A stretch of 64,000 bases of DNA. Origin: Kiritimatiellia bacterium. GTDB taxonomy: Bacteria > Verrucomicrobiota > Kiritimatiellia > RFP12 > UBA1067. Under the pieces are notes generated by a model. The model was not told the DNA's origin, made no database searches, and saw only the letters and a program-made list of their open reading frames with translations. Every line of letters begins with the position of its first letter. The first letter of the stretch is position 1. Positions 35,157 through 44,008 of this stretch are shown piece after piece. Location of the stretch: the NCBI GenBank assembly GCA_050949565.1, contig JBMNFY010000017.1:32001-96000 (forward strand). The letters are read 5' to 3'. Both the position numbers and the translations under genes were made by a program.

Positions 35157-35185
35157 AGATTACTGAATGCCTCCGGGGATGTCAA
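35157..35185 (-). promoter_or_regulatory. Sigma70-type promoter for the tRNA-Thr/tuf operon
   Basis: Minus strand TTGACA (35185-35180), 17 nt spacer, TAATCT (35162-35157). Confidence 0.75.
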
Positions 35186-35314
35186 CACCGACGGGAAATT
35201 TTTTGCGAGGCTGTCAGGCTGTCAAATGTCACCCCAAAACCAGGACTTCCCCCAAAACCTCTTGCCTTGCCCCCATCCTTTCTCCATCATATGTTCACAA
35301 CAAGGGACACTGCC

Positions 35315-36686
35315 ATGAAGAAACGAAGCCGGAGCAGGATCCTCACTGCGTTGTTCATCGTGTTCGCAACGATGACCAACGCCGCTCCCACTGGGGTGAC
35401 GGTCAACGGCACCGCTCTCGACGATGCCGTCTCGTCCGGTGGCACGGGCTGGACGTATAACGCGCCTACACTCACGCTTTCCGGGGCAGAGCCCCTCACG
35501 CTCTCTGGCGCGAACACGGCGGGTAAGGTGCTCGTCGTCGTCTCGGCGGGCGCGACGAGCGCGGTCACGCTCTCGGATTTGACGCTCCAGACCACCGGCA
35601 GTGGCCAGTGCGTCTTCGAGTTGGAGCAGAATGCCGATATCTCGCTCTTCCTCGCGGGAACGAACACGCTCGCCTCGGGAAGAGACCACGCAGGCCTCGA
35701 AGTTCCCGCGAGCGCGTCGATCTCCATCACCAATGCGCCTAGCGATGCGGCAGGCGCACTGACGGTGACGGGCGGCACTATGGGCGCGGGCATCGGCGGC
35801 GGTTCTAAGGGCACGGGCGGCACGGTCACAATCTCCGGCGGCACGATCGCGGCTACGGGCGGCTTGTACGGCGCGGGCATTGGCGGCGGTTACTTACGTG
35901 CGGGCGGCACTGTGACCGTCCATGGCGGTACGGTCACAGCCACGGGCGGTATGTATGGCGCGGGCATTGGCGGTGGCCGCTCTGGTAACGGTGATGCTGT
36001 GACCATCACCGGCGGCACGGTCTTCGCGCGAGGCAACAACGGCAGTGCGGACATCGGGCCGGGCTTCAGTGGCACGGCTTCCGGCGCGAATATCTTTACC
36101 GGCGGCTCGGTCCGCCTCGCGAACGACAGCATCTCCCCCACGCCCACGGACAACGCTTTCCAAAACGGTGTCGGAACCGCAATGCAAACGCATCTCCCCC
36201 ACGCCCACGGACAACGCGACGCACGTTTGGTGCGTGACGGTAACGAACCTCACACCTAATGCGGCTATCGTCGTTACGGCGCTCGACCCCTACGGCGTCA
36301 GCGACCTCTTTGCCGATGAAAACGGCAAGCTCTACCTCTGGCTGCCGGACGGCGACTACACCTTCGTGGCGGGCAACGCCGGCTACACGGCTACCGTGGA
36401 CGGCGCGGCGACCACGGCGGTCGCCAACGGCCTTGTCGCGCCGCTCTTCGCCACGGACGGCACGGCGCTTGTCTTCGACGGCACGGCGCTCGCCATCAAG
36501 ATCACCAACGCCAAAAGCGGAATATGGTACGCGCTCTACAGGGTGAATACGCTCGGCGAGACCTGGGAACTGCTGCGGAGCGTCCACGCGACGACCGACG
36601 GCGACCTTGCCTTCACGGACATCGACGCGACAGCACCATACCGCTTCTTCAAGGTGAGGGCCAGCATCACTCAGCCCCTGCCATAG
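35315..36686 (+). pseudogene. Secreted GAGIGGG-repeat beta-helix protein, frameshifted by a 61-bp insertion
   Basis: Signal peptide, three 'GAGIGGG' repeats, C-terminal 'YRFFKV' domain. The two ORFs share ISPTPTDNA, and deleting 61 bp fuses them in frame. Confidence 0.85.
36129..36217 (-). CRISPR. Single repeat-spacer-repeat unit (28+33+28 bp) inside a CDS; candidate off-target Cas1-Cas2 integration rather than a canonical array
   Basis: GCATCTCCCCCACGCCCACGGACAACGC is identical at 36129-36156 and 36190-36217 and flanks a unique 33-mer. No cas genes in the window. Confidence 0.6.
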
Positions 36687-36725
36687 GCTGGTGCTGGCGG
36701 AAACAAGAGGTAGTAAGTTGCCGAA

Positions 36726-37050
36726 GGAATCGAAAAATTCGAAGGATTCGATTCCGTCGATTCTCTCGATTCCATCCGTGCGCAGCACAAAAGGTGGCTC
36801 GCGGGGACACTCGCCCCCCAAAAAACCTGAAACCAAACTCTGCGTCTCTGCGTCTCTGCGTTAAATAAACCCGAACCATGAAACACATGAAACTTCATGA
36901 AAATTGAAGGCTTTCCTTTGCGTTCTCTGCGTTCTTTGCGGCTATTTACGTGGCCATGACTATTCGCGACAATTCGCATCATTCGCGGTTAAAACCCCGT
37001 CGCTATGCCCCCAAAAACCTCTGCGTAATCGTGTAATCTGTGGATGTTAA
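36726..37050. repeat. Intergenic mosaic of 8-10-bp-period triplet repeats plus a REP-like element
   Basis: (TCGATTC)n, (CTCTGCGT)x3, (CATGAAA)x3, (CTTTGCGTT)x3, (ATTCGCG)x3, and GGTGGCTCGCGGGGACACTCGCCCCCC at 36793-36819. Confidence 0.75.
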
Positions 37051-37119
37051 AAACCGCACGCGGTCCTGCCACCCTATTTCGTATTGCTTTCTTCCGTAAA
37101 AAAAGCCAAACTTCACTTT

Positions 37120-37683
37120 ATGGAACCGTCTGTCACCCTCAAGTATTTCAAGACGCGTTTTGCATGGCGTGATGTCGCCGATGCCGCGCGTACCACCATC
37201 CGCATGGCAGAGGGGGAGAAAGAGCCCAGCAGCGCCTGGAAGCGCCGCATCCTGCTCTCTGAACATTCGCCCATCCGCCAGATGATGTTTAAGTGGAAGT
37301 GGATCAACCTCCCCTATTGGGTCAGCGTTCACTTCGTCCGACACAAGATCGGTATCGAGCACTTCGTCAGCACCCAGCGTACTGACCGCACGGGCGTGGA
37401 CCGTACATCCATGCCCCAGTCCGCGCCGGTCGATCACGAGTGCTTTGCCAATGCGCAGGCGCTCATCTTCATCTCGCGCAAACGGCTCTGCCGTCAGGCG
37501 TCCCCAGAGACGACGGCGGCCTGGAAGCTTGTACTGGATGAAGTCAAACAGTGCGAACCCGAGCTTCACAGCGTCTGTGTGCCGGAGTGCGTCTACCGCG
37601 GCTTCTGCCCGGAGTTCAAGAGTTGCGGCTACGTCGAGACCGCTGCCTATCAAGAGGCGCTGGCCGCTTACCGCGGCACCTGA
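37120..37683 (+). CDS. thyX: Short FAD-dependent thymidylate synthase (ThyX/Thy1)-like protein
   Basis: 'SEHSPIR', 'VSVHFVRHK...VSTQRTDR' (variant of RHRx7SxR), 'RKRLC..AS.ET', C-terminal 'PECVYRGFCPE...CG'. Confidence 0.7.
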   Translation: MEPSVTLKYFKTRFAWRDVADAARTTIRMAEGEKEPSSAWKRRILLSEHSPIRQMMFKWKWINLPYWVSVHFVRHKIGIEHFVSTQRTDRTGVDRTSMPQSAPVDHECFANAQALIFISRKRLCRQASPETTAAWKLVLDEVKQCEPELHSVCVPECVYRGFCPEFKSCGYVETAAYQEALAAYRGT

Positions 37684-37823
37684 CAATCATCACGAGCGGT
37701 GCCAGAGGCGCCACAGCCAGAAGCGCAGCCGCTGCCACCAGGTGGTCGCCGACGCCGGGGGCGTTGCGTTATTGTTCCGGCGAGCGCCGGGCCGCATATA
37801 CTCACGATCGGAAAGTCCCATAG

Positions 37824-38618
37824 ATGAGATCAGACGATACCACATCGCGCGCCACTCCGCAAAGCACGCATGCTGCGAACGGTGAGCGTCTACAGAATGT
37901 TCTGGCACGCCGGGGTGTCGCGTCGCGACGGCACGCTGCCGAGTGGATTGCCGCCGGCGTGGTCACCGTCAATAGTCAAACCGTATATGAGCCCGGCGCA
38001 CGCGTACAGCCGGAAAAGGACGATATCCGCGTAAACGGCAGACGACTGCCCAAGCAAGCTGAGCGTCTGCGTACTGTCCTGCTTTACAAGCCGCGCGGCC
38101 TGATCTGCTCAGCCGACAACCAACGCGGCGCAACAGTGTGCGATCTGATGCGCCCGCACTTCCGCGAACGGCTCGTGCCGGTCGGCCGGCTCGACAAGGA
38201 GAGCGAAGGGCTGCTCCTGATGTCGAACGACGGTGAACTGACCCACTGCATGACGCATCCGCGTTATGGGCACACCAAAACCTACCACGCGCGCGTCGCG
38301 GGGCGCATGGAAGAGAGCAAGGTTGAAACCCTACGCTCGCGGCTCGAGATCGACGGCTACGTCATCCAGCCGGTGGAGGTCGAAGTGCTGAAGGTGGGGC
38401 GCGACAACACGCACCTGCTGGCCTTCACGCTTGCAGAGGGCCGCAACCGCCAGATCCGTAAAATGTGTTCGCTGGCACACTTCGTTGTGCTTAGCCTCAC
38501 ACGCGTGCGCATCGCCTTTCTCAAGATCGGCGACATGCAACCCGGCGCGTGGCGCGAACTCAGCGACAGTGAAGTCCGCGCCTTGAAGAAACCGCTGCTC
38601 CGCGAGTCTGGCGAATAG
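37824..38618 (+). CDS. rRNA pseudouridine synthase, RsuA/RluB family with S4 domain
   Basis: 'ERLQNVLARRGVASRR', 'YKPRG', catalytic 'PVGRLDKESEGLLL', 'EGRNRQIRKM'. Confidence 0.93.
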   Translation: MRSDDTTSRATPQSTHAANGERLQNVLARRGVASRRHAAEWIAAGVVTVNSQTVYEPGARVQPEKDDIRVNGRRLPKQAERLRTVLLYKPRGLICSADNQRGATVCDLMRPHFRERLVPVGRLDKESEGLLLMSNDGELTHCMTHPRYGHTKTYHARVAGRMEESKVETLRSRLEIDGYVIQPVEVEVLKVGRDNTHLLAFTLAEGRNRQIRKMCSLAHFVVLSLTRVRIAFLKIGDMQPGAWRELSDSEVRALKKPLLRESGE

Positions 38619-38651
38619 ATTTGAGTGCGTCTGCTCGTCCTTGCTCTGCCC

Positions 38652-40895
38652 CTACCGCAGCGTCATCACCGAGCCGACCGGCGCAATGGTCAGTTTCGCG
38701 TAAGTGTCGGTCACGCGCACGAGAGCCGCATAGCCGACGGGGGCCGACGACGGCTTGGTTGCGTTCAGCAGCGCCTGGCGCGTTGCGGCATCAGCCGAAG
38801 CAAAGGTGAAGAGCGTTCCGTAGTAGGGATACACGACCCCTTGCGGCACGGTCAGCGTAACGGCACCCTCAACGGTCAGCGCTCCGGCAACGGCCAGCGA
38901 CGCGCTGTAGCACCCGCCGGTCTCGAACGTCACGGTGAGATCGCCGCTGACGGTCGCCGTGCCGGTCAATTCCGCGCCCGCGCAGATCACGATATTGGTG
39001 ATGCCGTCCAACACAGCACCATCCAGATCGAGCACACCGGCCTCGACGATCAGCGTGCCGTCCACCGCGAGTGTACCTGAGAGCGTCTGCACGGCCGTAC
39101 CGCTTTTGACAACAGTGCCAGCACCGCTGAATGAGCCGCTGAAGATCGCATCGTCAGTCGTGTGGATGCCGAACGTGCCGTTCGCAAGCAGTTCGATCGC
39201 ACCATCGCCGCTGAGCGAGCCGACCGTCTCGCTTGTGCCAGAGACTGCGAGCTTGCCCGGCGCCGCCACCGTGGTCGGCGAGAGATCGGAGAAGACATTC
39301 ATCGCGCTTTGCATGCCCTGCACCGACCACTGCCCGACCAACGTCTTACGCGCGGTCGTGATCAACGAGGTATCTGCGGAATAGTCTTGCGAGTCCACCA
39401 CCGTCCACGTCGTTCCGTCCGCACTGGTCTCGACGGTCCATGTGATCGCATCCCGTCCATCGGCATCGTTTGCGGTGTACCACGCATAACCGTTGAAGAA
39501 CACCGGAGTGGGGAACTCAAGCACCAACGGGTAGAGCGGCGACGCGGAACCATGATAAAACTTGGTGTCCACGCTGCCGTCGATCGCGTCTCCCGGCGGC
39601 TCTTTGCTGCTGGCAGTCTTGCCATAGCTTGTCGCCAGCGTGCCGACGGGATACGGCACATCGGCACCGCCCAAGGTGAGACGGAATTCGGAGAGTTGGT
39701 AGCCCGTATTGACATGGTCGCCTTCGGGACGCGTCGCGCTGGGCTTGAAGCGGACAAACTTGGTCAGAACCCCCGAGACCACCGTCGCCGTGCCGGCCTC
39801 GATCCGGGTTGCGCCGGTATAGGTACTGTCTGTGCCGGTGTAGTAGGTGTTCCCGGTGCCAGTCTGCGTGAGCCCCAGCGCGGAGACGCCGTCCTGCAAC
39901 GAACCGATAAACGTTTCCGCCCCAGCATTGGTCACGACCACCGACATCGGCAGAGCGCCGTCATTGCGAATCACAGTGTTGATACCCTTGGACATGATGT
40001 ACGGCATCGGCACCGTCCGTCGCCTGCAATGCGACCACGCCCTGACCTGAGGCCGTCCCCGCGAAAGCCGTCGTAATCCGTCAAAGTCACCACGCTGTTG
40101 TTCTCGGCGTGCAGCCGACCGGTCGCCGGAAAGCGCGCTGAACACGGCGTTGAAATTGTTGACCGCCAGCCGTCCGTCCTGTCCAATTACGACCGGCTGT
40201 TCAATCGACGTCCCTGCGCCGCCGAACCATTTATCGGTCAGATACGCCTCGACCGCCTGACGCTCTTCCACCGTCAACACGCGGTTATACACCAGCACCT
40301 CGCCGACATACCCGGCGAAGTAGCGGGCATATTGGGAACTGAACCAGTAGTCGCCGAGGGCCGCGCGGAACTCGCGGGTCGTGGAGCTGACGGCCGAGAG
40401 AATATGCAGCGGCTGGCTGGCGAATGAGTAACCCGCCACGCCATTGATCGCCATCTCGCCGTTGAAAGAGAAGTCATTCTGGTCCGCGCTGTTTCCGGTG
40501 TGCCGCCACGTGGTGGAAGAATTGAGGCGCACTCCATTCTTATCTTGGAACGATTCCCCCCAGAGGCCACCCAAGCTTACGTAACTGGTCATACGGTTGA
40601 CGATAAACACTGTACGGGCCTGTGCCGTCTTGCTGGCTTCCAGCCGCGTGCGCACCGCGCCGTCGCCGAACAGCACGGCCGGCTTACCGTTGATCGCGTT
40701 TTCCACCCATTTCGGTCGGTTCGCCGGGTTGGACTGCGTAAAATGGACACCCGCCCCGGACGCATCGTTCCACGCCGCAACAAAACCGTTGGACAGCGCA
40801 AAGGCGCTCGGCTCCGAGGCATCCAACCAATAAGAGAGTCCGTCCTTTAGCGGCACAGGCTTAGAGATGCGAAGCGTGCCCGCCTCCACCTGCAT
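38652..40895 (-). CDS. C-terminal part of a second giant beta-strand-repeat protein (LamG-like and discoidin/F5-8-like modules), with internal frameshifts
   Basis: 'YWLDAS...WNDASG...FAGYVGEVLVYNRVLT' and 'AIDGSVDTKF...YAWYTAND...WTVETSADGTTWTVVD'. Out-of-frame-looking stretch near 39990-40130. Ends in GSVMTLR. Confidence 0.8.
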   Translation of the reverse strand: MQVEAGTLRISKPVPLKDGLSYWLDASEPSAFALSNGFVAAWNDASGAGVHFTQSNPANRPKWVENAINGKPAVLFGDGAVRTRLEASKTAQARTVFIVNRMTSYVSLGGLWGESFQDKNGVRLNSSTTWRHTGNSADQNDFSFNGEMAINGVAGYSFASQPLHILSAVSSTTREFRAALGDYWFSSQYARYFAGYVGEVLVYNRVLTVEERQAVEAYLTDKWFGGAGTSIEQPVVIGQDGRLAVNNFNAVFSALSGDRSAARREQQRGDFDGLRRLSRGRPQVRAWSHCRRRTVPMPYIMSKGINTVIRNDGALPMSVVVTNAGAETFIGSLQDGVSALGLTQTGTGNTYYTGTDSTYTGATRIEAGTATVVSGVLTKFVRFKPSATRPEGDHVNTGYQLSEFRLTLGGADVPYPVGTLATSYGKTASSKEPPGDAIDGSVDTKFYHGSASPLYPLVLEFPTPVFFNGYAWYTANDADGRDAITWTVETSADGTTWTVVDSQDYSADTSLITTARKTLVGQWSVQGMQSAMNVFSDLSPTTVAAPGKLAVSGTSETVGSLSGDGAIELLANGTFGIHTTDDAIFSGSFSGAGTVVKSGTAVQTLSGTLAVDGTLIVEAGVLDLDGAVLDGITNIVICAGAELTGTATVSGDLTVTFETGGCYSASLAVAGALTVEGAVTLTVPQGVVYPYYGTLFTFASADAATRQALLNATKPSSAPVGYAALVRVTDTYAKLTIAPVGSVMTLR

Positions 40896-41213
40896 GCCGC
40901 CCGAATAGGCGATCGAAGCGATGGGGAAGGGAGAAGTCGCCGGTCCCGATCTTTGCCAGCGCGAGCGGTGGCCGGACCGTCACTGATCGTGCCGGTGAAC
41001 GCGGATGAGACGTTGCCGGCGCCGACCGTCAGCGTCGCCGCCTGCGCGCCGCTGTTCGTGACGCTGCCGCCGGCCAGCGTGTTGGTGAGCACGCCGAGCG
41101 TTTCAGCTCCGGCCGTTCAGGTCCAGCACGCCGCCCGACAGTGCCACGCCGCCGCCGATCTGGTTGCCGTGTGTCACCGGTCAGCACCACACGCGTGCCG
41201 GGCTCGGCACCGA

Positions 41214-43883
41214 TCACGTCTTGGACGGCATAGGCGTCAGCCACGCCGCTCTTGGCGAGCGCAAGGGTGCCGCCGCGCACATGCACAGAGCAGGCCGTAC
41301 GTTCTGCTCGCTGCCGCCGAGCGTCAGCGTGCCGTCCCCCCATTTCGACACGTTAGCCAGCCCCGTGATCACGCTGTTGACCGTCATTGTCTCACCGACA
41401 CCGCTCACCTCGAATCCGCCTCCCTGCGCGGTGACCGGCGTGGTAGCCAGCAGCAGGTCGCCGCCGACGGGATTCGCGAGGCGTCCACCATTCAGGTGTA
41501 CCGTCGCACCGCCCAGAGCAGTCTCGTCGGCCGGCAGCACACGACCGGAGACGATCCTCAACGTGCCGGACAGCGATGAGCCAGAACCCTGTAACACCAG
41601 GTCACCCGTGCCGTCTTTAATAGCCGAACCGGTTCCGGTCAATGTTCCCGTGTAGGTGATCGTTCCGTCACCGGTAAAACGGGCAGTACCTCCATTCAAC
41701 ACGACATCGTTGTCGTAGGTTTGCGACGCCGTGCTGTTCGTGAGGCGGTTATCAACGAAGCGCATCGTGTCAAACCACACGGCGGTTCCCGCGTTCGCGG
41801 TGACCGAGCCGTCGCCGCCGACCGAATCGTCATGCACGACGCGCACCGAGTAATCGGTCAGGTTCAGCGCTGAGGGGCCCAGCAATGCGGCACCGTCCAG
41901 CGCGAGGTCCGCGCCTGCCGCGATTGTATACGGCGTTTCCGGCATGCGGCGCAGCCAAACACGGTTGGTGAGTATCAAGCCGCCCGCATTCACGATCTTC
42001 GCGTCCAGCACCGAAGGCCACGCACCCGTTGAGCCGAAGCAGAGCGGCAACCCGCCATTATTGATGGTCAAGACCGGTTCTGGCGGACCTGCCGTCAATG
42101 CAGTAACGCCACACGCCATAACCAGGTTGCCGGCCTCGGCAGACACTGACAGCGTACCGTCCTGCGCCAATGCCAGCATACCTGACAGAAAGTTGTCGGC
42201 ACTTTCTGTGATCAGGTTCGATCCGCCGTCGTCCGTAAACATCCGCGCACGCGCCAGTTCCGTCGCGTTGGTGAAACCGCCGTTCTCGGCATCGTACAAG
42301 ATGCCGTTACGGAAGTTCCCTTGCGGACCTACGGCACCGGTGCCCTGCGCATAGCGAAACTCGACGGAATGCCAGCCTGCGGCGAGCGCGACGTTGTTGG
42401 TGACCACCCGCGCAGCCGATGTATTGTTCAGGATCAGCGGCACCCCGTCGATCGCCAGATAGCCGCCGTCATCAAAACATTTGCCAAAACTGTAGACCCC
42501 GTCTTCGGCCAGATACCACCGGCCGCGATACACATACTGCGTGTTGTTCGGGAAAACACTGGTATCGGCGGTACTGCCTTTCTCGGGCATCGGCCGCCAA
42601 CCGGTGTAGGTCAAAGGGGCACTGAGATCGATCTGCGCACCCGCACCCCGGTATTCATCGAGTCCGGAAGGTCTGGCCAGTTGCATGTTCCCGCCATCGA
42701 ACACGACCGTACCGCCGGCCATCACGTTCGGCCCGCCGATCAGCAGGGTGCCGTCCTTCAACCAGAGCGTGCCGTCCTCAATGCGCGCACCGATCGCGCT
42801 GAACGTGCCGCTGCCCTGCTTCTCAATCGTCGCGCCGCCCTTGAGTACGCCGCGCCAATCGCAATCCTCATTCAAGCCGCCCACGATCAGCGTGCCTTGC
42901 CCCGCGACGGATGAGGTGATGACCGCCTTGGGTCCGGATGAAAGCGTATTGACCGTCTCGCTTTTGCCGTTCAAGTCCAACGTCGCAGTCGGCAGCTTGT
43001 CATTGTAACCAGCCCACGGATTGATCGACAGACCGCCCTTGCCCACGCCGTGCGGCAGCACTTCGTCCTGCCCCAGCCGCAACAGACTGCCTAAGCCCAG
43101 GCTGGCCCCGAGACCGTTCGTGCCGACTACAGTCCCTCCGCTGTAGTCGTTGCCCGAGTTATTGAGAATCACCGAGGAAAACTCGTAGTTGATCCCCAGC
43201 GTGCCGCTCCCGGTAATCGGACTGTCCACCTGCGTCGCACCGCCCACGTAACCGGCGCCGAGAAAACCACCGCGCGGCGATAGTGTGATGCCCCGGTTCG
43301 CGTGAATGGCCAACGTGTAGTCGTTATCATCGTTTTGTAGTCCACCATTGTCCAAGATAATGGCGTCGGACTTATAGGCGCCCGGCACCGGACCGAAGCC
43401 GCTGTCACGCGCCACGCGCGCGTTGCCGTTTGAGACGATCGTGCGGCCGGTAAACAGATTGTCGTCACCCAGAAACGTTCGTCCGGGGCCGGTGATCGTG
43501 ACATCCGCACTGCCCGTCAGCGTGGTGCCGCGCAGGTTGAGCCCGTGCGCCGGCGTATTCAGCAGCGCCGGCGAGATCAGCTCAAAGGTGCCGCCGCGCA
43601 ACCTCCATTCCGCGGCGATACTGTCGGGCGTCGAATCGGGGTTGCCGCGGATTTCGGAAAGGACCACCGTGCCCATGTCGTTTGTAATCTCGTAATAGCC
43701 GGACGCTCCTTGAAAAGTCGCCACGCCGCCGCCACCCGCGATGACGCCGTCAACCCATTTGCTGCCGTCGCTCCACGCCCCCGTTGACGGACTCTTCCAC
43801 ACGCCATCCGCCGCACCGCAGCGCATCGCGGCAACAGCCGTCAACCCGATCACCGCACACACCCCTACCCAGTTCTTGCTCAT
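41214..43883 (-). CDS. N-terminal part of the second giant protein: signal peptide, autotransporter-associated beta-strand repeats, PA14 domain
   Basis: Start MSKNWVGVCAVIG at 43883; PA14-like 'GRWY...YSFGKCFDDGGYLAIDG...GWHSVEFRYAQGTG'; 'KxGxGTLTL' repeats. Several indels between 40900 and 41300 link it to the downstream part. Confidence 0.8.
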   Translation of the reverse strand: MSKNWVGVCAVIGLTAVAAMRCGAADGVWKSPSTGAWSDGSKWVDGVIAGGGGVATFQGASGYYEITNDMGTVVLSEIRGNPDSTPDSIAAEWRLRGGTFELISPALLNTPAHGLNLRGTTLTGSADVTITGPGRTFLGDDNLFTGRTIVSNGNARVARDSGFGPVPGAYKSDAIILDNGGLQNDDNDYTLAIHANRGITLSPRGGFLGAGYVGGATQVDSPITGSGTLGINYEFSSVILNNSGNDYSGGTVVGTNGLGASLGLGSLLRLGQDEVLPHGVGKGGLSINPWAGYNDKLPTATLDLNGKSETVNTLSSGPKAVITSSVAGQGTLIVGGLNEDCDWRGVLKGGATIEKQGSGTFSAIGARIEDGTLWLKDGTLLIGGPNVMAGGTVVFDGGNMQLARPSGLDEYRGAGAQIDLSAPLTYTGWRPMPEKGSTADTSVFPNNTQYVYRGRWYLAEDGVYSFGKCFDDGGYLAIDGVPLILNNTSAARVVTNNVALAAGWHSVEFRYAQGTGAVGPQGNFRNGILYDAENGGFTNATELARARMFTDDGGSNLITESADNFLSGMLALAQDGTLSVSAEAGNLVMACGVTALTAGPPEPVLTINNGGLPLCFGSTGAWPSVLDAKIVNAGGLILTNRVWLRRMPETPYTIAAGADLALDGAALLGPSALNLTDYSVRVVHDDSVGGDGSVTANAGTAVWFDTMRFVDNRLTNSTASQTYDNDVVLNGGTARFTGDGTITYTGTLTGTGSAIKDGTGDLVLQGSGSSLSGTLRIVSGRVLPADETALGGATVHLNGGRLANPVGGDLLLATTPVTAQGGGFEVSGVGETMTVNSVITGLANVSKWGDGTLTLGGSEQNVRPALCMCAAAPLRSPRAAWLTPMPSKT

Positions 43884-44008
43884 GGCAGTAACCCTCGCGC
43901 TTAGTTTCGCAAACTGTCTTGGCGAACCTGCTGACACGTAAAACACACTGTGTGGTACAGTAAAAGAAAAGCGGCGCATTGGCAATGGTATTTTAGGAAA
44001 GGGATGAC

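Noticed and set aside
37120-37683. Prophage around the ThyX-like gene
   Set aside because: No phage integrase, structural or replication genes flank it.
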